From NCBI GenBank assembly GCA_965217775.1, contig CBDCJH010000002.1, forward strand, positions 1,440,001-1,504,000: a DNA stretch of 64,000 nt, written 5' to 3'. The translations under genes and the position numbers were made by a program. Source of the DNA: Acidobacteriota bacterium. GTDB taxonomy: Bacteria > Acidobacteriota > UBA6911 > RPQK01 > JAJDTT01. Below the pieces are notes generated by a model that ran no database searches, was not told the DNA's origin, and saw only the letters and a program-made list of their open reading frames with translations. Numbering within the stretch: position 1 is the first letter of the stretch; the number at the start of each line of letters is the position of its first letter. Positions 50,779 to 60,025 of this stretch are shown piece by piece.

Positions 50779-51921
50779 ATGATTCAGGAGAGAATTACCA
50801 GACGCCGGATCCTGGGAGGGCTGGCTACCCTCGCCGTTACTTCCCGGAAGGTAAGACCTGTCTGGTCTCTACCGGCGGAGGGATCCCTCAGCGCCGGCGT
50901 TCTCAGCGAAGCTGGCAGCCACGCCGAACACTACCTGAAGGGCTTCGCGCAGGCCCGGGGAGTGGGTCGAGTGGCCCTTTCCGACCCCACGGGGAAGACC
51001 TTCGAGCAGGCGAAAAAACTGCTGGGTGGGCGTCTGGAAGGAACCTACCGGAGCCATCGGGAGATGCTGGAGAAAGTTCACCCCAAGCTGGTGGTCGTAA
51101 CTCTGGAAGGACATCATGCGCCTCCCGCCATCCGATTGGCCTTGGAGGCGAACTGCCATGTGATGACGGAGAAGCCGGGCTGTGCTCGCCTGGAAGACTT
51201 CGAGCCCCTGGTCGAGCTGGCGGAGTCGCGCGGCCTGGACCTGATGTTGGCCATGGCGACCCGAGTGAGTCTGGCCGTCAAGAAGGCACGAGACCTGATC
51301 CAGTCCGGCTATCTGGGGAAGCCCTACTCGGCCACCATGGACTGGATCAGCGATCAGACGCGCCTGACCCGCCCCGAATATCAACGCTCCTGGCTCTCCT
51401 TCAAAGACAAGGCTGGAGGCGGAAAGCTCATCTTCCATGGAATCCACTATTTGGACCTGATCCAGTTCCTCACGGGAGATCGAATTGACCGGATCACATC
51501 CCTCTGCGAGAACGTGGGAGGACAGCCCATCGAGGTAGAGGATGCGGCAGTCGTCTCCTTTCGCCTCAGCAAGGGCTTGGTGGGAACCCTCAACACCGGA
51601 TACTACCTGGATGAGGACTACCAGAACCAGGTCCGGGTCTGGGGTTCGAAGGGTTGGTTTCATCTGGACCTGCCCTATGGGGAGACCGTGAAATGGTATT
51701 CCACCCATCCCGAGGCACCCCGGGGTGTCCAGTTCTTCCAATATCAGGACGATCCCAACCCACCCTACCTGTACGGTCCGCTGGTGCAGGAGGCAGTTGA
51801 CGCCGCCTTGGGGCTCTCCCAGCCTCCCATGACAGCACAGGAGTGTCTCCACCTCATGAGGGTGATTTTCGCTGCCTACCGGGCGGCGGAAACGGGTAGA
51901 ACGCAGGAGGTGACGTCGTAA
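50779..51921 (+). CDS. Gfo/Idh/MocA oxidoreductase with Tat-like signal
   Basis: TRRRIL, HVMTEKPG, GGGKLIFHGIHYLD, EVED.A. Confidence 0.85.
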   Translation: MIQERITRRRILGGLATLAVTSRKVRPVWSLPAEGSLSAGVLSEAGSHAEHYLKGFAQARGVGRVALSDPTGKTFEQAKKLLGGRLEGTYRSHREMLEKVHPKLVVVTLEGHHAPPAIRLALEANCHVMTEKPGCARLEDFEPLVELAESRGLDLMLAMATRVSLAVKKARDLIQSGYLGKPYSATMDWISDQTRLTRPEYQRSWLSFKDKAGGGKLIFHGIHYLDLIQFLTGDRIDRITSLCENVGGQPIEVEDAAVVSFRLSKGLVGTLNTGYYLDEDYQNQVRVWGSKGWFHLDLPYGETVKWYSTHPEAPRGVQFFQYQDDPNPPYLYGPLVQEAVDAALGLSQPPMTAQECLHLMRVIFAAYRAAETGRTQEVTS

Positions 51922-52202
51922 AGGAGCGAATCCGGACCGTCGAATAGCACATCCGAAGCAAGAGCCTCCATGATCCGGAGACCATTATGAGGACCGTTGG
52001 CCAATCTCCAAATTTGATCTCGGGAGCCTTGGTAAGATCAATGTATTGGCGGCGGCGAGCAAAAGGTCGTGCCCCTCCCATGAAGGCGGGGCCGGTGGCA
52101 AATCCCAGGTTGCGCATGGCGATTTGGGAAGTGACGAGTGCGGCGAATTGGCTCACCAGGAAGAAGCGTGTTGACGATCCTCTAAGTTTATAGACGATTC
52201 CA

Positions 52203-53909
52203 GTGCAGCAAACTTCCGGCAGGCGCGAAGCAAGAGTCCGACCAGCGGGAGCATTGCTGGTTGGAGTCTGCCTCATCGCTGTCCTTTCGCTGAATGGTCA
52301 GGTTTTCTCCTCGATCGACCACGCTGTTGCTCCCGTGTTCATAGAGGTGAGCCAAGAGGCGAAGCTGTTGTTTTTCCATGTGAATGGAGCCTCTCCTCAA
52401 AAATATATTGTCGAGACGGTAGGCTCGGGCGCGGGGTTTTTCGACTATGACAATGACGGCTGGATGGACGTGTACTTTGTGAACGGGGGCCCTACGCCGG
52501 CAACCGTCCCCGCCGTCGCGACCGCGAATCAGCTATTTCGCAACAACCGGGATGGAACCTTCACCGAGGTGACGGAAAAAGCCGGGGTCGGAGACACTTC
52601 CTACGGCGTCGGATGCGCTTTCGCCGACTACGACAATGACGGTCACGTGGACATTTATGTGACCAACCTGGGTCCCAATCTCCTATATCACAACAACGGC
52701 GACGGGACCTTTACCGAGATCGCGTCCAAGGCCGGCGTTGCAGATCGACTCTGGGGCACCAGCGCGGCCTTTGCAGACTACGATCAGGACGGCAATCTCG
52801 ATCTTTATGTGTGCAACTATCTGCAATTTTCCTTCGCCGGTCATCGGCGCTGCTATGTCGGGGAGGTGCCGATCTACTGCTACCCGCACAGTTATGAAGG
52901 CGCTCCCAATGCGCTCTATCGCAACAACGGAGACGGTACCTTCGCGGAAGTCACGGCAATAGCGGGAGTGAGGGAAGACCCTCAGTACAGCAAAAGCCTG
53001 GGGGTCATCTGGCTCGACATGGACGGCGATGGCGACGTGGACCTCTATGTAGCCAACGACACCACCGCCAATTACCTGTTTGAAAACAAAGGCAACGCGA
53101 CCTTCGAGGACCTCTCTCTGGTTTCGGGAACTGCCTTCAGCGGTGCGGGGGTTCCCCAGGCAGGCATGGGGATCGATGCGGCGGATCTGGACGGAAACGG
53201 CAGCTTCGACATCTTCGTCACCAATTTTTCGCTGCAGCACAATGCCCTCTATTGGAACGACGGTTCCGGTATCTTCAGCGATCGCATCCTGGAGTCCAAC
53301 CTGGCCGGTCCCGGTTTCCTGCCTCTGGCTTTCGGGACCAATTTCCTGGATTACGACAACGACGGGCTCGTCGATCTCTTTGTGGCGAATGGACATGTCT
53401 TTGACAACGCCGAATTGATCAATCCCAGTCTCCAGCATGCCCAGGCGAACCAGTTGTTTCGCCACCTGGGACAGGGACGCTTTCTGGAGATCTCGTCACA
53501 GGCGGGAGCCTATTTCTCCCGCAAGAATGTTTCCCGTGGTTCGGCCGCCGGAGACTTCAATAACGACGGCAAGCTGGATCTGCTGGTGACGAACAAAAAC
53601 GACCGGGCCGACCTGCTGGAGAACCGGACCGCCAGCCCCCACCAGTGGCTCAAATTCAAGTTGGAAGGAGCCGACTGCAACCGGGACGCGGTCGGTGCAA
53701 AAATAACCTTGACGGCCGGAGCGTATCGCCTGACTCAAGAAGTCCGGGCAGGCAGCAGCTATTTGAGCCAGAGCGACCAGCGACTCCACTTTGGACTGGG
53801 GGATCGAACCCGTGTCGATACCATTCAAGTCTCATGGCCCTGCGGAAAAACGCAGAATATTGTGCCCCCCCAAGAGTTCAATCGGATCATCCATCTGCAA
53901 GAAGAATAG
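52203..53909 (+). CDS. CRTAC1 family protein (FG-GAP + ASPIC/UnbV)
   Basis: ETVGSG.GFFDYDNDG, NRDAVGAK, SSYLSQSD.RLHFGLG, VSWPCG. Confidence 0.9.
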   Translation: MQQTSGRREARVRPAGALLVGVCLIAVLSLNGQVFSSIDHAVAPVFIEVSQEAKLLFFHVNGASPQKYIVETVGSGAGFFDYDNDGWMDVYFVNGGPTPATVPAVATANQLFRNNRDGTFTEVTEKAGVGDTSYGVGCAFADYDNDGHVDIYVTNLGPNLLYHNNGDGTFTEIASKAGVADRLWGTSAAFADYDQDGNLDLYVCNYLQFSFAGHRRCYVGEVPIYCYPHSYEGAPNALYRNNGDGTFAEVTAIAGVREDPQYSKSLGVIWLDMDGDGDVDLYVANDTTANYLFENKGNATFEDLSLVSGTAFSGAGVPQAGMGIDAADLDGNGSFDIFVTNFSLQHNALYWNDGSGIFSDRILESNLAGPGFLPLAFGTNFLDYDNDGLVDLFVANGHVFDNAELINPSLQHAQANQLFRHLGQGRFLEISSQAGAYFSRKNVSRGSAAGDFNNDGKLDLLVTNKNDRADLLENRTASPHQWLKFKLEGADCNRDAVGAKITLTAGAYRLTQEVRAGSSYLSQSDQRLHFGLGDRTRVDTIQVSWPCGKTQNIVPPQEFNRIIHLQEE

Positions 53910-53917
53910 ACTTGGTG

Positions 53918-55159
53918 ATGAAGACCGGATTCCTGATCGTTGCTCTCTGTTTTGTTGGACTGGCGCCGGGAGAATCTGATCTGCTCCTTGATCAGGCCAT
54001 GGTCAAATTGGAGAAAAAGGACTACGTAGGTGCCTTGGCCGACCTGCGGAGAATTCTGAAAGAGCCAGAGCCAAACCCGATTGTCCACTACCAAATCGGT
54101 GTCTGCCAGACGCTGCTGGGCAAGTATCCCGAAGCCCTGGACAGTTTTCACAGGGCTCGGGCCGCGGGTATCGACGGTTGGGAACTGTGGTCAGGTCTGG
54201 GAATGGCCTATTTCAATCTGGGAGAAAATTCGCGATCTCGTGAATATTTCGATCGGGTCTTGAAGTCAAACCCTGACCATGGGACGGCGCATTTCTATAT
54301 TGGCCGGATCGAACTCAAGGAAGGATTCTACGCCCAAGCGGAACAAAGGTTTCGCAAAGTTCTGACCGTAGATCCGAGCCATGACGGCGCGTTCTTCAGC
54401 CTGGGCAGAAGTCTGGTGCTGCAAGGCCGGATAGCCGAAGGAAAGCGGGTGTCGGAACAACACCGCAACAGGCAGCATCTGCGTGACCGTCTGCAGACCC
54501 TGCAGGAGATGGCCTCCTCACCTCGAGCCCCAGCCGAGACTTTCGTTGAGTTGGGCAATGTCTATGTGGAGTTGGGTGACCGCAAGAATGCCATCCTGGC
54601 ACTCGAGAGAGCAGAAAGGTTGAAGCCGGGCACGCTCCTCACCAGCCTGGCCCGGGGGAAGATCAACTACTTCGAGGGGAAGTTTGCCGCCGCCGAGAAG
54701 TATTTGAGCCAATACTTGAAGTTGCGAGGAGAGGCCTGCGATGCCCACATGTTCCTGGGCCTGTCCCAAAAGGCGCAACGAAAAGTGGATCCGGCACGAG
54801 AAAGCCTCCGCAAGGCGCTGGAATTCTGTCCCCGCCGTACATTGCTGCTTTCCAATCTCGCTGAACTTGAGATCCAGGGGAAAAATCTCAAGGAGGCCCG
54901 GGCTCTGGCCGACGAAATCTTGCTCCTGGATCCGGCTTCACCAACGGGTCCCTTTCTGGTGGCGGTATGCAGAGTGTACAGGAAGGATCCGGTAGGAGCC
55001 GAAAAATGGGCACTTCAAGCCTTACAGCTCAACCCGAACGATCCGGAGCATCATCGTCTTTTGCGGCACATCTACTCGGCAAAGGGAGAACCGGAGAGAG
55101 CCAAGGAACACGCGAAGCAAATGCAACGGCTATTGCAAAAAAGGACGTCAAATCCCTAA
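53918..55159 (+). CDS. Secreted tetratricopeptide repeat protein
   Basis: Signal peptide MKTGFLIVALCFVGLA; repeated TPR helices (e.g. AHFYIGRIELKEG.Y.QA...F.KVL.VDP.H). Confidence 0.85.
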   Translation: MKTGFLIVALCFVGLAPGESDLLLDQAMVKLEKKDYVGALADLRRILKEPEPNPIVHYQIGVCQTLLGKYPEALDSFHRARAAGIDGWELWSGLGMAYFNLGENSRSREYFDRVLKSNPDHGTAHFYIGRIELKEGFYAQAEQRFRKVLTVDPSHDGAFFSLGRSLVLQGRIAEGKRVSEQHRNRQHLRDRLQTLQEMASSPRAPAETFVELGNVYVELGDRKNAILALERAERLKPGTLLTSLARGKINYFEGKFAAAEKYLSQYLKLRGEACDAHMFLGLSQKAQRKVDPARESLRKALEFCPRRTLLLSNLAELEIQGKNLKEARALADEILLLDPASPTGPFLVAVCRVYRKDPVGAEKWALQALQLNPNDPEHHRLLRHIYSAKGEPERAKEHAKQMQRLLQKRTSNP

Positions 55160-55216
55160 CTGGCCTGGTTCAATTCCAGCGGAACCGGCCATTCAGGCAA
55201 CTGCACGAGGATAGCT

Positions 55217-56899
55217 GTGTATTCCTCAGCCAAATGCAAGGCGCAACGTAGCTGTTCAGGGCCCCTGAGGGTCAGCTTGCTGTGTCTTTTCTGCCTGGTC
55301 TCCTCCTGGCCGCACACCTTGGCGCTTTCCGATTCGGCTGTCCCTCCCTCGTTTGTCAATGTGAGCAGGGAGGCACAGTTGTCCTACAGGCACGTCAGCG
55401 GAACCCTGCCGATTCGGCATATTGCCGAGACGATGGGGTCGGGCGGAGGATTTCTGGACTATGACAATGACGGCTGGCAAGACATCTACCTGGTCAACGG
55501 AGGAGCCCGGCCGGGCATCAGGGTGGCGATTTCCGCCAAGAACCGGCTATTTCGCAACCACCGGGACGGGACCTTCACCGACGTCACAACCGCCGTCGGG
55601 GTGGGCGATCCTTCGTACGGCATGGGATGCGCTTTCGCCGACTACGACAATGATGGGTTCGTGGATATTTACGTGACCAACCTGGGTCCCAACGTCATGT
55701 ACCACAATAACGGCGACGGCACGTTCACGGATGTTACACAAGAAGCGGCTGTGGGAGATCCGCTCTGGAGCACCAGCGCGGCTTTCGGCGACTATGACGG
55801 GGACGGATATCTGGATCTTTATGTGTGCAACTATCTGAAGGTTCCCTTTGCGGCTTCCAGCGCCATCACTTGTCCGTACAATTATAACGGCGTTCCCAAT
55901 ACCCTTTATCGCAACCGGGGCGATGGCACTTTTGAGGAGGCTACCGCACAAGCCCGAGTCAGAGAAGATTCTTCGTACAGCAAGAGCCTGGGGGTCATCT
56001 GGCTCGACGCGGACAACGATGGGGATTTGGACCTCTACGTAGCCAACGATACCACCGCCAATTTCCTGTTTGAGAATCGCGGCGATGGAACGTTCGAGGA
56101 CATTTCACTGGTCTCGGGAACCGCTTTTGGTGAATCGGGAGCTCCCCAGGCTGGAATGGGAGTGGATGCGGCGGACCTCAACGGAAACGGTCTCTTCAAC
56201 ATCTTTGTCACCAATTATTCCTTGCAGCACAATGCTCTTTATTGGAACGAAGGTTCCGGTATCTTCAGCGACCGCGTCGTGGATTCGCGCCTGGCCGGAC
56301 CCAGTTTCTTGCCATTGGGCTTCGGGGCCAATTTCTTCGACTATGACAACGATGGGTTCGTCGATCTCTTTGTGGGCAACGGGCATGTCCTGGAAAACAC
56401 CAAAGAGGTCAGCCCCAGCACGGAATACCGCCAACTGAACCAGTTGTTTCGCCATCTGGGCCAGGGACGCTTTGTGGAAGTTTCCTCCCAAGCGGGCGCT
56501 TATTTCTCACGCAAGAACGTCAGACGCGGCTCGGCGACGGGAGATTTCAACAACGATGGGAAGGTGGATCTTCTGGTCACCAACAACAATGACGGCGCCG
56601 ACCTGCTGGAGAACCGGACCGCTGGCCCCAACCATTGGCTGAAACTCAAGTTGGAGGGAACCCACTGCAACCGAGACGCGGTTGGGGCAAAGGTCACATT
56701 GACGGCCGGAGATTATCGGCGGACTCAGGAAGTACGGGCCGGCAACAGCTACTTGAGCCAGAGCGACCTGCGGCTCCACTTCGGGGTAGGGAATCGAACC
56801 TACATTGATTCTCTACAGGTCTCCTGGCCCTGCGGAAAAAAGCAGCGTCTTGCTTTGATCGAGAAATTGGATCAGATCATCCACATTCAGGAAAAGTAG
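55217..56899 (+). CDS. CRTAC1 family protein (paralog of 52203)
   Basis: Same motif series, with long stretches near-identical to 52203..53909; start codon uncertain. Confidence 0.9.
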   Translation: MYSSAKCKAQRSCSGPLRVSLLCLFCLVSSWPHTLALSDSAVPPSFVNVSREAQLSYRHVSGTLPIRHIAETMGSGGGFLDYDNDGWQDIYLVNGGARPGIRVAISAKNRLFRNHRDGTFTDVTTAVGVGDPSYGMGCAFADYDNDGFVDIYVTNLGPNVMYHNNGDGTFTDVTQEAAVGDPLWSTSAAFGDYDGDGYLDLYVCNYLKVPFAASSAITCPYNYNGVPNTLYRNRGDGTFEEATAQARVREDSSYSKSLGVIWLDADNDGDLDLYVANDTTANFLFENRGDGTFEDISLVSGTAFGESGAPQAGMGVDAADLNGNGLFNIFVTNYSLQHNALYWNEGSGIFSDRVVDSRLAGPSFLPLGFGANFFDYDNDGFVDLFVGNGHVLENTKEVSPSTEYRQLNQLFRHLGQGRFVEVSSQAGAYFSRKNVRRGSATGDFNNDGKVDLLVTNNNDGADLLENRTAGPNHWLKLKLEGTHCNRDAVGAKVTLTAGDYRRTQEVRAGNSYLSQSDLRLHFGVGNRTYIDSLQVSWPCGKKQRLALIEKLDQIIHIQEK

Positions 56900-57027
56900 G
56901 AAGTTGTGTACGACTGAACAGGCAAAGGAGCGTCTGGAGGAAGAGGGTTGGGAACTGTTGCCGAGGCGCCGGTATTTGATTCCACCCTCCAGCGCGTGCC
57001 ACTTGGAGTGGTTGGTGACCCGTACGG

Positions 57028-58638
57028 CTAAAGCGAGTTGAGAAACGCCAGCAGTGCATCCAGCTCAAGCTTGGACAGATTCTCCACGTACAGGCGTGAC
57101 TGTTCGGCTTCTCCGCCGTGCCACATGATCGCTTCGAGCAGGTCTCTGGCACGGCCGTCGTGCAGGAACGAGGTGTGACCATTCACGACTTTGGTCAGGC
57201 CGATGCCCCACAAGGGAGGCGTTCTCCATTCGCTGCCCGTCGCCAGGAAATCCGGCCGGGAATCGGCCAGGCCCGGCCCCATGTCATGCAACAACATGTC
57301 CGTGTAAGGGCGGATCACCTGGTCGGCCAGCTCGGCGACGGGAAAGTCGCCGGTTTTCAGTACCGGAACGTGGCAACCGTGACAATTGGCCCGGGCAAAG
57401 ACCATCTGTCCCCGTTGGACTTCCGGGGACGCGACATTGCGCCTCGCTGGAACGCCCAACGTCTGGATGTAGAAGGTCGCGTCCTGAAGAGTTTCCTCGT
57501 CGATTTCCGGATCGTCCTCCAACAGGTCGTCCTGGACCTGGCCGGTGGAGCTCTCTTCGACGAACACCGGGGAGGTGACGCCGATATCGTTATGGTACGC
57601 TGCAGCAGCTTGCAATCTCAGACTTGGGCTGTTCGCCTTCAGTCCGAAACGCCCGGGCACGGTCTGCTCGTGCTCCAGGTCCCAAACATAGTTGACGCGT
57701 CCTGAAATCCCGTCGCCGTCCGCATCCTCCTCGTCGGCCATCGCGAGGATCGTATGTGCCGGTACCGCCTCGAGCAGACCCCGGCCGAAAACAGGTGGTC
57801 CGACCCGCGGGGAAAACAACGTATCCCCCGGCAAATCGCTGACAGGTTCTACGCTATGGGAGGGTGTCCGCAAATTCACCTCCACACCGCTGCCACCCAA
57901 TGAGATCGTCTCTTCCTCGTAAGTGACGGTCACCGTCGCTTCCGGCTCCGTTCCAAAAATGGCCTTCGTGAACAGTTGCGTCCCGAATCCCGGAACTGGG
58001 ACCGGCCCGCCCGTTCGAGGATCGGTCCCGGGCAGGCTCAGACGGAGAAACATGGTGTCCATTTCCTCGCCGTGTCCCGGCGCGGCGTCTCGCCCATCCT
58101 TGGGGTGACAGGACTCACAGGAATTGTGATTGAAGACGGGACCCAACCCGGAATTGACCGGCGCCGGGGCTGTCACGAAGACGGCCCCGAAATCCTTGTC
58201 ACCCTCCCGGTGACGCGTCGCTCCCTCAGGCGACAGGTTCGGAGCCGGCGTAGAGAAAGCATTACTGGTAGCTGTGAAGACGGTCGTATTGCCGCCCGAG
58301 AGGGCAGGGTCCAATTCCGCCACAACGAAATTCGAGACTTTACCGGTTGCGTCCGCCCGATAAGGAACAACGGCGATCGCATAGCTGTCCAGCTCTCCCA
58401 AGCGAATCGAGAAGTTGCGCCCCGGACCCAGACCGAGAACTCTCGTGGGCTGAAGTTCCGGATACGGTGAGTAGAGGAGGAGGTAACCATCGGCCCCGTC
58501 GACGGCCGTCCATTCCGCCATGATGACAGACCCGTCCTGGGAAACGGTGAGGACAGGCGCGTCGGTCATGGTGAACCCGACAGCGGAGCTCACCATGACG
58601 CCAATCGAGACGATCGCTATGCAGACACTGAATCTCAT
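57028..58638 (-). CDS. Di-heme oxidoreductase family protein (DUF1111/DHOR)
   Basis: GLGPVFN..SCESCH, G.GLLEAVP, DADGDGISGR, CHGCH, YTDMLLHDMG, EWRTPPLWG, LHDGRAR.L.EAIMWHGGEA. Confidence 0.92.
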   Translation of the reverse strand: MRFSVCIAIVSIGVMVSSAVGFTMTDAPVLTVSQDGSVIMAEWTAVDGADGYLLLYSPYPELQPTRVLGLGPGRNFSIRLGELDSYAIAVVPYRADATGKVSNFVVAELDPALSGGNTTVFTATSNAFSTPAPNLSPEGATRHREGDKDFGAVFVTAPAPVNSGLGPVFNHNSCESCHPKDGRDAAPGHGEEMDTMFLRLSLPGTDPRTGGPVPVPGFGTQLFTKAIFGTEPEATVTVTYEEETISLGGSGVEVNLRTPSHSVEPVSDLPGDTLFSPRVGPPVFGRGLLEAVPAHTILAMADEEDADGDGISGRVNYVWDLEHEQTVPGRFGLKANSPSLRLQAAAAYHNDIGVTSPVFVEESSTGQVQDDLLEDDPEIDEETLQDATFYIQTLGVPARRNVASPEVQRGQMVFARANCHGCHVPVLKTGDFPVAELADQVIRPYTDMLLHDMGPGLADSRPDFLATGSEWRTPPLWGIGLTKVVNGHTSFLHDGRARDLLEAIMWHGGEAEQSRLYVENLSKLELDALLAFLNSL

Positions 58639-58673
58639 CGTCGGTCATCGAAACGCGCCTGTTCCCGGCGGAC

Positions 58674-59996
58674 CTACTCACCCAGCACGTGGCCGAGCAG
58701 CTCGCCTTCGATCAGGAGTTGCAAGTCGATCACGGCTTCCTGAGCGATTTCGATCTGGGCGCGTCCCTCGTCTGTCGATATCGCGCTCCTGAAGGGGTAC
58801 GGAATCTTCTCAATCTCGCTGATGGCCGTCGATATCTTATCGCGCATGTTCTGATCCAACTCGGTGTTGGTCCGTCTCACGAGATCGTTCAGTCCAGGAC
58901 CGTCATTATGCAGGTAACGGCCGATGTAGACGTTTTCGATGCCCCGAATATTGTCGGAAAAGTCCATTATCGAGTTGTAGCTGAACTGGGACTCCACGAG
59001 TTCGGTGTTCCTCTCGTCAAAGGGATCCGCAATCTTGCCGTTGCCGACTTCATCGGCAATGATGCCCATCCCTTCAACCAGTTCCTGAAGAGCCGAGGTT
59101 GTGCTGGTGTAGATCGTGCTGGTGGTTCCGGCATTGACGAACTCGGCAAGATAGCTTTCTTCTCCGGGACGCCAGCCATCGGCCAGAGTCCTGGTGGCCG
59201 TCGCCAGGTTGAGGCATACCGCCACCAGGTATTCTTTCTGCCTCGCGGTCGGCTCCGACGGGGCCTTGGCACTGCCGACACCGAACAGCAGGTATTCGAT
59301 GGTGTGGAATCCCTTCAGCGTGTCTTCCAGATTCGCCACGAAATCCTCGGTGAGAACGTTGTCGCTTCTCAACACTGCATCCAAATCGATACGGTTCACC
59401 GGCCAACTGTCGATGGCCGGATCGAGCCCCGCAGTGTCGACCGGGCCGAACAGGTACGCCTCGGTCTGCTCCCAGGCCCGCCGCGCGTTGCGCCAAGCCT
59501 GTTGAGCCGCCAATAGATTCTCGTCGGAGGTGTCGAAGCTGACGGCGTACACCGCATTGAGCAGAACCGCGGCACGTCTTTCCAATTGGGCGTAGTCGGC
59601 TGCGATGACCATGTGGGCCACGTTGGCGATGATTTCAGCTTCGGTGGCGTTTGCATCAGCGGGATCCACCGACGTCGCGTGGAAAATTTCGATGTTCGAC
59701 CAGCCGCTTTCCTCCTCGCCGCTTTTCGCCGAGACGGCGGTATAGTAATGGGCGCCCTCTTCCTGGTTGGTCGGAACACTGGTGACATCCGCACCGAAGT
59801 CCACGTAACCGACCGGGTTGGCATCCGGATACGGAGCGTAGTACACGCGGTATCCGTCTGCCCCGACGACGTCGTCCCAGTACAGCGTCACGCTCGTGCC
59901 CTCCACGGTCAGCGACAGAACCGGAGGCCGGAGCTGAGCCTGGGACCATGAACTGAAGAACATGACCAAGCTGGCTACCACAATTGATTGTCTCAT
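58674..59996 (-). CDS. Imelysin family iron-regulated protein (IrpA/LruB-like)
   Basis: AW..AR..WEQTEAYLFGP, IDSWP, KGFHTIEYLLFG (GxHxxE), VESQFSYNS..DF.DNI. Confidence 0.88.
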   Translation of the reverse strand: MRQSIVVASLVMFFSSWSQAQLRPPVLSLTVEGTSVTLYWDDVVGADGYRVYYAPYPDANPVGYVDFGADVTSVPTNQEEGAHYYTAVSAKSGEEESGWSNIEIFHATSVDPADANATEAEIIANVAHMVIAADYAQLERRAAVLLNAVYAVSFDTSDENLLAAQQAWRNARRAWEQTEAYLFGPVDTAGLDPAIDSWPVNRIDLDAVLRSDNVLTEDFVANLEDTLKGFHTIEYLLFGVGSAKAPSEPTARQKEYLVAVCLNLATATRTLADGWRPGEESYLAEFVNAGTTSTIYTSTTSALQELVEGMGIIADEVGNGKIADPFDERNTELVESQFSYNSIMDFSDNIRGIENVYIGRYLHNDGPGLNDLVRRTNTELDQNMRDKISTAISEIEKIPYPFRSAISTDEGRAQIEIAQEAVIDLQLLIEGELLGHVLGE

Positions 59997-60025
59997 TTCT
60001 CTTTTCTCCTTCTCGATTCGATCGA

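Noticed and set aside
51922-52200. Intergenic ORFs (51854..52276 minus, 51987..52193 plus)
   Set aside because: No recognisable motif or RBS, and the longer one overlaps flanking genes; possibly debris but unsupported.
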